The notes under the pieces are model-generated. The model saw only the letters and a program-made list of their open reading frames with translations. It was not told the origin of the DNA and ran no database searches. This document shows, in pieces, positions 16,784 through 23,006 of a stretch of 32,000 nucleotides of DNA. The stretch's first letter is position 1; every line of letters starts with the position of its first letter. The position numbers and the translations under genes were made by a program. The DNA is from Delftia acidovorans NBRC 14950 (GTDB lineage: Bacteria > Pseudomonadota > Gammaproteobacteria > Burkholderiales > Burkholderiaceae_C), in assembly GCF_001598795.1 (NCBI RefSeq), contig NZ_BCZP01000012.1, positions 150,001 to 182,000 on the forward strand. Direction: 5' to 3'.

Positions 16784-17206
16784 CTAGCGGCAGACGTTGA
16801 CCAGGTCGCCCTTGAGGACCACGATCTGGTCCTTGGTCTGGGGCCCATAGCGGTTGAATGCGCTGGCGTTGGTGTTGCTGGCCAGGTCCTGGGTGCAGGT
16901 GCGCTGCATGCCCGTGCTGCTCGTCGTGGTCGTGGTCACCACGTTCGCTTCGGTGGAGATACCGGGCGCATTGGTCATGGACATGGCTTCGTAGCGCGCG
17001 ATCTTGGCCTTGACATTGATGGGGATGTCGGTGACGGTGTCCAGCCCCGACGATGTCGGCTGCTTGGCCGTGGGCAGCCTGAGGTAGTCGACGGGCTTGT
17101 TCAGCACCACCGGGTCTTCGCCGGGGGCCGCTGCATGAAGGGGGGTCGCTCCGAGGGCGAGCCAGGCCAATAGGGTAGCCGAACAGAGATGGGCGGCGGT
17201 GTGCAT
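16784..17206 (-). CDS. Secreted 140-aa protein carrying one C-terminal copy of the fibre-subunit repeat; candidate nucleator or adaptor
   Basis: AGGAG lies 7 nt upstream of ATG 17206. Signal peptide MHTAAHLCSATLLAWLALGATPLHA|AAPG. There is a Thr/Ser-rich linker. The C-terminal QDLASNTNASAFNRYGPQTKDQIVVLKGDLVNVCR aligns with NNLASNYGEVDVKSTSIQVVAAKNSGIIN of the neighbouring repeat protein. No known family was recognised. Confidence 0.7.
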   Translation of the reverse strand: MHTAAHLCSATLLAWLALGATPLHAAAPGEDPVVLNKPVDYLRLPTAKQPTSSGLDTVTDIPINVKAKIARYEAMSMTNAPGISTEANVVTTTTTSSTGMQRTCTQDLASNTNASAFNRYGPQTKDQIVVLKGDLVNVCR

Positions 17207-17255
17207 GGTGGGCTCTCCTGGTGCGGTGAGCTGGGTCTTCGCCGGGAAGGTGCCG

Positions 17256-17278
17256 CCGGGTGGCCTGGGGCCGCCCGG
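17256..17278 (-). other. GC-rich intercistronic hairpin between the repeat-protein gene and the 140-aa gene
   Basis: CCGGGTGGCC TGG GGCCGCCCGG on the plus strand. On the minus-strand mRNA there is one C/A mismatch and no U-tract. Confidence 0.35.
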
Positions 17279-17304
17279 CAGTTTCCTTCGTCCGGCAGCC
17301 AGGC

Positions 17305-17790
17305 TCAGTGGTTGTTGTAGCAGGTCACGCAGCCGTTGTTGCTGGAGATGTTCTGCACTGCCGTGGAACCGTTGCCGGCGTAGTTGATGATGCCGGAGTT
17401 CTTGGCAGCCACCACCTGGATCGAAGTGCTCTTCACGTCCACTTCGCCATAGTTGGAGGCCAGGTTGTTGACGGCCACTGCGCTATAGCCATCGGCCTTG
17501 TTCAGGATGCCGCTGCCGGTGGCTGCGACGACTTGCAGCGAGCTGCCACTGCGATCGATGGTCACGTTGCCTGCATTGCTGGCCAGGTTCTGGGAGGCCT
17601 TGCCACCACCCGTTGCCACGTTCAGCACGCCGCTCCTGTTCAGCAGGGTGACCTGAACGCTGGGGCCATTGATTTCGATCTGGGAGCTGCTGCTGCCGCC
17701 GCCGCCACCGCCGCCACCGCCACCACCCATGGGGCCTGCCATGGCAGCTGTTGCGATCAAGCTCAGGGAAAGAATTGCAAGCGATTTCAT
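17305..17790 (-). CDS. Secreted 161-aa poly-Gly / triple-repeat protein; candidate curlin-like beta-solenoid fibre subunit
   Basis: AGGAG lies 4 nt upstream of ATG 17790. Signal peptide MKSLAILSLSLIATAAMA. This is followed by GPM-G11-SSSS and then three imperfect ~37-40-aa repeats (QV.(L/A)...SG(V/I)(L/I)N.A......A..N(L/I)(A/S)SN.G.V). The C-terminus is GCVTCYNNH. The listed ORF 17305..17940 was trimmed to the signal-peptide start. Confidence 0.8.
   Translation of the reverse strand: MKSLAILSLSLIATAAMAGPMGGGGGGGGGGGSSSSQIEINGPSVQVTLLNRSGVLNVATGGGKASQNLASNAGNVTIDRSGSSLQVVAATGSGILNKADGYSAVAVNNLASNYGEVDVKSTSIQVVAAKNSGIINYAGNGSTAVQNISSNNGCVTCYNNH
17695..17727 (-). repeat. (GGN)11 trinucleotide tract encoding the Gly11 run of the repeat protein
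   Basis: The plus strand reads gcc gcc gcc gcc acc gcc gcc acc gcc acc acc, flanked by four Ser codons. Confidence 0.9.
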
Positions 17791-18328
17791 GATGGCTCCT
17801 TGATGAAGAATCGGACTATCAGGAAGAGGTGTGTAAGCACCCGTTTTGCAGACACTTTGCGGAGGTTTCCGGCTTTGTCTCCCTGGACCCCTGCTCGTTG
17901 TCTGGACTCCAATGTGCTCGGGGAGATCCGTCCATTCCATCTCTTGTCCGGGGTAGCCATGAGCGCTGATCCACTTGCCGGGTACTTACCCACCCAAGCC
18001 GTTTGCAGGCAGGCTGCATCGCGTTAAAGCGGCAGCCGTGCGCAATGAATGGATCTGGGTAGTTTCAAGGTGTAACGACAGAAAATTTACGGTTGCAGCT
18101 TTGCTTGGGGTCGCCGTCTCGGCGGGTGCGGGGGCTTTTGGGCAACCTGGTGTATCGAAGTGCACGCACCTGAGGCCGGCGACCGCAACAAAGGCGGGAT
18201 CGGCCTTTGTCACAGGGCGGGATTGAAGGCGCGGTGCGCGGTGTCTGGATCCGCAAGATCTGCCGGACCGGCGCTCAGGAAACTCCGTAGTCGATTCCTC
18301 ACACAAAGGTGTTAATTTGTAATCTACG

Positions 18329-18357
18329 CAATCTTTCACAAACTTCGTCAAAGATTG
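18329..18357. promoter_or_regulatory. Inverted repeat CAATCTTT-N13-AAAGATTG (candidate operator)
   Basis: Perfect 8-bp arms at 18329-18336 and 18350-18357, in the AT-rich patch ~90 nt upstream of the response regulator start. Confidence 0.4.
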
Positions 18358-18362
18358 TGGAT

Positions 18363-18413
18363 ATCGGTTGCGATTTCTCTTAATGTGGAAAGGCAAGTCT
18401 GTGATCGGTTGCG
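18363..18413. promoter_or_regulatory. Direct repeat ATCGGTTGCG x2, spaced 41 bp start to start (candidate regulator binding sites)
   Basis: Identical 10-mers at 18363-18372 and 18404-18413, upstream of the response regulator RBS. Confidence 0.35.
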
Positions 18414-18447
18414 TCATACACATGGCGTGACATTTGAGGAGAGCAGC

Positions 18448-19227
18448 ATGAATCCATCCGACGTTCCCGCCGATGCCCGTCCCCTGATCGCCGAGTCCCC
18501 TCGCGCCCAGGGCATGCTGGGCACAGGGCTGAGTTCTGCCATGTGGCCTGACTACCTGGCGGGCCAGCCCGACAAGCCCGTGCGGGTGCTGCTGGTGGAC
18601 GACGATGCCCATATCCGCATGGTCATTGCGCAGGAAATCATGAACGACCCGCGCACCCTGGTCGTGGCCCAGGCCGGCAGCGTGCGCGACGGGCGCAAGG
18701 CCATCCGCCAGCATGAATTCGACGTGATGCTGGTGGACCTGAACCTGGGTGACGGCGAGGGCTTCGAGCTGCTGGACATGATGAAGACCGTGCGGCCCAC
18801 GGCCGAGGCCGTCATCATCTCCGTGATGGAAAACGACGAACAGGTGCTGCGCGCCTTCGAGCTGGGCGCCACGGGCTACCTCGTCAAGAACTCCTGGTTC
18901 GGCAACTATCCGCAGGCCGTGCTGCAGGTGGCCAATGGCGGCGCATCCGTCACCCCCAGCCTGGCGCGCAGGTTGCTGCAGCGCTTCGACAAGACCCAGG
19001 GCGCCGAGCCCAAGCGCCGCACGCCCGACGAGGCAGACCGCCTGTCCACCCGCGAGCGCGAGGTGCTGCGCATGGTCGCCAGCGGCTATACCAGCGCCGA
19101 GATCGGCTCGCGCCTGATGATCAGCGCCATGACGGTCAACACGCACATCAAGAACATCTACCGCAAGCTGCAGGTGCGCACACGCGCCCAGGCGGTACGC
19201 TTTGCATCGCTGCGCGGCCTGTTCTGA
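18448..19227 (+). CDS. Two-component response regulator, NarL/FixJ (LuxR-type HTH) family
   Basis: GAGGA lies 7 nt upstream of ATG 18448. The receiver has canonical residues (LLVDDD, MLVDLNLGDG, IISV, GYLVK). The C-terminal LuxR HTH is LSTREREVLRMVASGYTSAEIGSRLMISAMTVNTHIKNIYRKLQV. About 45 aa precede the receiver. Confidence 0.9.
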   Translation: MNPSDVPADARPLIAESPRAQGMLGTGLSSAMWPDYLAGQPDKPVRVLLVDDDAHIRMVIAQEIMNDPRTLVVAQAGSVRDGRKAIRQHEFDVMLVDLNLGDGEGFELLDMMKTVRPTAEAVIISVMENDEQVLRAFELGATGYLVKNSWFGNYPQAVLQVANGGASVTPSLARRLLQRFDKTQGAEPKRRTPDEADRLSTREREVLRMVASGYTSAEIGSRLMISAMTVNTHIKNIYRKLQVRTRAQAVRFASLRGLF

Positions 19228-19302
19228 TCCTGGGGCGGCGTCCTGCCCGCAGCGGCCTGCCGCCGCCCGGGCCATGGCGGCCGCGCCTGGCACGGCTTGG
19301 CC

Positions 19303-20226
19303 ATGAAAGATCCCCTTCGCACGCTGGCCATCTGCCTGGCCCTGGGCCTGCTGCAGATGCTGGGCCTGTGCGCCTGGCTCTGGCAGGCGGGCGCCCAGGC
19401 CCCGCCGTGGCTGAGCCTGGCCAGCCTGGCGCTGCTGGTATCCACGGCGCTGCTGTGCGCCATGGGCGCCCGGCGACTGCACAGGCTGCTGCTGTGGCGG
19501 CGCCGGCGCAGTCCCCGGCCCTCGCGCGAAGTGCAGGCCGAGCGCCGGCGCATTGCCGCCGACCTGCATGACGGCGTGGGCGGGCTGCTGGTGCATGCCA
19601 TGGCCTTGCTGGACCCGCGCGAGACCCGCCAGCGCCAGGCGCAGGAATTGCTGGAGCAGGGCTTGCTGGACCTGCGGCTCATGGTGGATGCCATGGACGC
19701 CATGGAAGACGCCTTGCCCGTGCGGCTGGCGCGCCTGCGCCACCGGCTGCAGCCCGTGCTGGACCGGCGCGGCATGCGCATCTGCTGGAGCGTGGCCGAT
19801 CCGCATGCCGCCGCCGGGCTGCGCGGGGTGCCGGACCTGCCAGTCTTGCAAGACCTGCCAGACCTGCCGCGTGGCCAGCCGTCCCAGCAGTTGCTGGCCA
19901 TCGCCCAGGAGGCCGTGAGCAATGCGCTGCAGCATGCGCGCGCCACCACGCTGTGGCTGGTGCTGGAGCCGGTGGATCGTGCAGATGCTGCAAGCCCTGG
20001 CCGCGATGCCCGGCGTGCATTGCACTGGGAACTGCGCGTGGAAGATGACGGCTGCGGCCTGCCGTCCGACCCTGGCCCTGGCCCTGGCCCTGCGCAGGGT
20101 GCCATCCCGCCTGGCCTGCAGGGCATGGGCCTGGCAGGCATGCATCGCCGCGCCCATGCCATCGGGGCTGTGCTGGACATCCTGCCGCGGGCCGGTGGGG
20201 GTACCGTGGTGCGTGTGCGCTGGTGA
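19303..20226 (+). CDS. Sensor histidine kinase, HisKA_3/NarX-DesK type, two TM helices and almost no periplasmic loop
   Basis: H-box ERRRIAADLHDGVGG, N-box EAVSNALQHA, G1 VEDDGCGL and G2 GMGLAGMHRRA. Two N-terminal hydrophobic helices are separated by ~9 residues. The start is ATG 19303; the track starts at TTG 19297. Confidence 0.85.
   Translation: MKDPLRTLAICLALGLLQMLGLCAWLWQAGAQAPPWLSLASLALLVSTALLCAMGARRLHRLLLWRRRRSPRPSREVQAERRRIAADLHDGVGGLLVHAMALLDPRETRQRQAQELLEQGLLDLRLMVDAMDAMEDALPVRLARLRHRLQPVLDRRGMRICWSVADPHAAAGLRGVPDLPVLQDLPDLPRGQPSQQLLAIAQEAVSNALQHARATTLWLVLEPVDRADAASPGRDARRALHWELRVEDDGCGLPSDPGPGPGPAQGAIPPGLQGMGLAGMHRRAHAIGAVLDILPRAGGGTVVRVRW
20071..20092 (+). repeat. (CCTGGC) hexanucleotide tandem repeat (~3.5 units) encoding PGPGPGP between the kinase G1 and G2 boxes
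   Basis: Read directly: cctggccctggccctggccctg, inside the histidine kinase CDS. Confidence 0.8.
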
Positions 20227-20371
20227 TCGGGCCGATGCGCCGGCGGCAACGGCGTTCCGGCAATTGCGGTGCCCGCTGACAGGGCAGGCCCGCGGCGCGC
20301 TGTGCAATCCCCCGATATGCGGATGTGAGGCAGTATCCATACCTGCATCCAAGCCCTGACATCCCGTTTCC

Positions 20372-22999
20372 ATGAACCCACATTCCGACCCTGCGCCGTC
20401 GCCTTCACGGCAGGCCCTTCCTGCCGCCGCCGAAGGCGGCAATGCGGCCAATGCAGCCGCGAATTCCGCTACCCATGCCGCCACCCATGCCGATTTCGCG
20501 CGCAGCGTGCGTTCGGCCCTGCCGGGCCTGGCACAGCTGGCCGACATGGTGCCCGCGCTGCGCCTGCTCACCGGGCTGCTGGTGGCCAGCATCGTCATCG
20601 CCGGCCTGTATTTCGGCCAGGGCCTGCTGATTCCGCTGGCGCTGGCGCTGTTGTTCGGTTTTTTGCTGGATCCGGCCGTCTCCCGGCTCAAGCGCTGGGG
20701 CATGCCGCGCATGGCGGCCACGCTGCTGGTGGTGGTCATGGCGCTGGCGACGCTGGCGGGAATGGGTACCTATCTGGGCAGCCAGGTGCAGCAGCTCAGC
20801 GCCGATCTGCCCACCTACCAGAACACCATCCGCGACAAGCTGCGCAGCCTGCGCAGGAACGCCAACATGCCCAGTGCCTGGGACGGCGCGCTGCGCACCT
20901 ATGACACCGTGGAACGCGAGATATCGCGCGGCGCCACCACGCCCCGCGTGCAGAAGGTGGAGATCCAGTCGCCAGAGCAAAAGCCCACGGCGCGCATGCT
21001 GCAGTGGCTGGGCCGCGTGGCCGAGCCCGTGACCATGGCCGGCATCGTGCTGCTGTTCGTGATCCTCATCCTGCTGGACCGCGATGACCTGCGCGACCGG
21101 CTGCTGCGCCTGATGGGCGGCAACCTGCACGTGGCCACCGACGCGCTGGACGAGGCCTCGCAGCGCATAGGCAAGTACCTGCGCATGCAGTTCGTCGTCA
21201 ACATCACCTACGGACTGCCCATGGCGGCGGGGCTGTGGTTCATTGGCGTGCCGGGCGCCATTCTCTGGGGCGTGCTGGCGGCCATCATGCGTTTCGTGCC
21301 ATATGTGGGGGCCATGATCTCGGCCGCCTTCCCGCTGGCGCTGGCCTTTGCCGTGGACCCGGGCTGGCAGATGCTGCTGATGACGCTGGGCCTGATCATG
21401 GCGCTGGAGCTGATCAGCAACAACCTCATCGAGCCCTGGCTGTATGGCAGCAGCACGGGCCTGTCCACGCTGTCCATCATCGTGTCGGCCACCTTCTGGA
21501 CGGCGCTGTGGGGGCCGATAGGGCTGATCCTGTCCACGCCGCTCACGGTCTGCCTGCTGGTGCTGGGGCGCTACATCCCGGCGCTGCAATTCATGGAAGT
21601 GCTGCTGGGCAGCTCGCCCGTGCTGGGGCCGGCCCAGCGCCTGTACCAGCGCCTGCTGGCCGACGACGTGGAAGACGCGGTCACGCTGGCGCATGAACTG
21701 GTGGACGCAAGGCTGCCGGCGCGCGCCTCGGCGGACGAACGCTCGGCCGCAGTGGCCGGTTTCTATGACGAGGTGGCCATCCCCGCACTGCGCCTGGCCA
21801 CGCAGCAGCACCTGGAATCGGCCACGGCCGAACACCGGCTGCGCCTGTCCAGCGGCATGGATGCCCTGATCGAGGAACTGCGCGAAAGCCATCCGCCGCC
21901 CGCTTCGGCCCTGGCCACACGCGCCCTGCGCATCCATTGCGTGGGCGCGCGCTGGGAGGTCGATGCCCTGGCCGCCGCCATGGTGGCGCACAGCGAGGCG
22001 CTGCGCGGCCACGTGGTCAGCTGCTCGGACTGGGCCCTGGCCGCCGACCCGCAATGGCGCCAGCTGGGACCGGGGCAGGGCGGCCTGCCGCAAGGCCACG
22101 CAGGAGCGCAGGCCCTGGCCGAGGCGCAATTGCTGGTGCTGTCCGTCTTCAGCACCCAGCCCCAGACCGTGGTGCGCCAACTGATGCGCCGCGTGCGCCG
22201 CCATTGGCCGCACCTGCGCGTGGTGCTGGCGCTGTGGAATGCGCCGGCCGTGGTGTCCGACCCCGAGTTCGCGCGCCGCTGCGGCGCCGCCGCCTGCGTG
22301 TCCGGCCTGCGCGAGCTGCAGTTGTGGGTGGACGCCTTGCGCCTGCCTGACGCGGCAGGCCAGGGCCTGGCCGCGCCCATTCCCGATGACGATGAGCAGC
22401 GCGTGCGCCAACTGCACGACAGCGGCGTGCTCGGGCCCGGCCTGCCGCCGCTGTACCACGAGGCAGCCCAGCAGGCCGCCAATGCCTTCGATGTGAAATG
22501 GGCCCAGGTCTCATGGGTCGATGCCGACCGCGTGCACACGCCCGGCAGCCTGCTGGTGGCGGACCAGGGCGACCCGGCTTCCGCCGGCATGCCGCGTGCG
22601 CAGTCCATCTGCTCCTACGTGGTCCATGGCGGTGACGCCCTGGTGGTGCATGACGCCGCGCGCGACCCCCGATTTGCCGGCAACCCCGCGTTGCAGGCGA
22701 TGCGGCTGCGCTTTTACGCGGGCGTGCCGCTCAAGAACCGCCACGGCACGGTGCTGGGCAGCTTTTGCATCATGGACGACGCGCCGCGCGAGGTCTCGGC
22801 GGCAGATCTGGAGCTGCTGGGCGTCATGGCCGAGCAGTTGATGCAGAACGTGGAGGTGCGCCGGATGATGGAAGCTGGCGCTGCACCGGCTCCGGTGCAG
22901 ACTTCGGCACAAACTCCGGCGCAAGTGGCATCCCAAACGACACCCCAGCCACCATCGTCGTCACCATCGACAACACCCCAACCGAGTGCTGGCGGCTGA
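20372..22999 (+). CDS. AI-2E family (PerM/UPF0118) permease fused to a long cytoplasmic region ending in a GAF domain
   Basis: The N-terminal ~400 aa are multi-TM with AI-2E-like blocks (LLIPLALALLFGFLLDP...RLKRWGMPR; LIEPWLYGSSTGLSTLSIIVSATFWTALWGPIGLILSTPLT). The C-terminal GAF-like segment is SICSYVVHGGDALVVHDAARDPRFAGNP...LRFYAGVPLKNRHGTVLGSFCIMD. The tail is rich in Pro, Ser, Thr and Gln. Confidence 0.8.
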   Translation: MNPHSDPAPSPSRQALPAAAEGGNAANAAANSATHAATHADFARSVRSALPGLAQLADMVPALRLLTGLLVASIVIAGLYFGQGLLIPLALALLFGFLLDPAVSRLKRWGMPRMAATLLVVVMALATLAGMGTYLGSQVQQLSADLPTYQNTIRDKLRSLRRNANMPSAWDGALRTYDTVEREISRGATTPRVQKVEIQSPEQKPTARMLQWLGRVAEPVTMAGIVLLFVILILLDRDDLRDRLLRLMGGNLHVATDALDEASQRIGKYLRMQFVVNITYGLPMAAGLWFIGVPGAILWGVLAAIMRFVPYVGAMISAAFPLALAFAVDPGWQMLLMTLGLIMALELISNNLIEPWLYGSSTGLSTLSIIVSATFWTALWGPIGLILSTPLTVCLLVLGRYIPALQFMEVLLGSSPVLGPAQRLYQRLLADDVEDAVTLAHELVDARLPARASADERSAAVAGFYDEVAIPALRLATQQHLESATAEHRLRLSSGMDALIEELRESHPPPASALATRALRIHCVGARWEVDALAAAMVAHSEALRGHVVSCSDWALAADPQWRQLGPGQGGLPQGHAGAQALAEAQLLVLSVFSTQPQTVVRQLMRRVRRHWPHLRVVLALWNAPAVVSDPEFARRCGAAACVSGLRELQLWVDALRLPDAAGQGLAAPIPDDDEQRVRQLHDSGVLGPGLPPLYHEAAQQAANAFDVKWAQVSWVDADRVHTPGSLLVADQGDPASAGMPRAQSICSYVVHGGDALVVHDAARDPRFAGNPALQAMRLRFYAGVPLKNRHGTVLGSFCIMDDAPREVSAADLELLGVMAEQLMQNVEVRRMMEAGAAPAPVQTSAQTPAQVASQTTPQPPSSSPSTTPQPSAGG

Positions 23000-23006
23000 G
23001 TCCCGC

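Larger units (their letters stand above)
17791..18447. promoter_or_regulatory. 657-bp divergent control region between the repeat-protein operon and the LuxR-type response regulator gene
   Basis: No convincing CDS. GC drops sharply toward the regulator side: I counted 47 G+C in the 120 nt 18301-18420. It contains stem-loops at 18012-18037 and 18188-18210, plus the inverted and direct repeats listed separately. No sigma70 -35/-10 pair could be assigned confidently. Confidence 0.6.

Noticed and set aside
14339-17173. 944-aa plus-strand ORF spanning the CsgG-like and Sel1 gene region
   Set aside because: It is antisense to genes with clear domain signatures. Its translation is Arg/Gly/Ala/His-rich with no recognisable motifs, no RBS and no signal. 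This is the typical long open antisense frame of very GC-rich DNA.
17791-17940. N-terminal extension of the repeat-protein ORF (MEWTDLPEHIG...)
   Set aside because: The internal ATG 17790 has a good AGGAG RBS and starts a textbook signal peptide. The extension lies in lower-GC non-coding-looking DNA.
17975-18226. 83-aa ORF, plus other 60-70-aa ORFs, inside the long intergenic region
   Set aside because: It has a TTG start, no RBS, no recognisable domain, and codon usage unlike the neighbouring genes. I treated it as non-coding, though a small protein or sRNA cannot be excluded.
13634-20226. Possibility that the fibre locus is a recently acquired genomic island
   Set aside because: Only the intergenic region and the signal-peptide codons are noticeably less GC-rich. 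No tRNA, integrase, direct-repeat borders or mobility genes are visible, so acquisition cannot be supported from this window.
17986-20739. 917-aa minus-strand ORF across the two-component system and the intergenic region
   Set aside because: It is antisense to a response regulator and a kinase with complete catalytic motifs. The translation is low-complexity (Ala/Arg/Gly/Pro/Gln) and runs through the AT-rich non-coding region.
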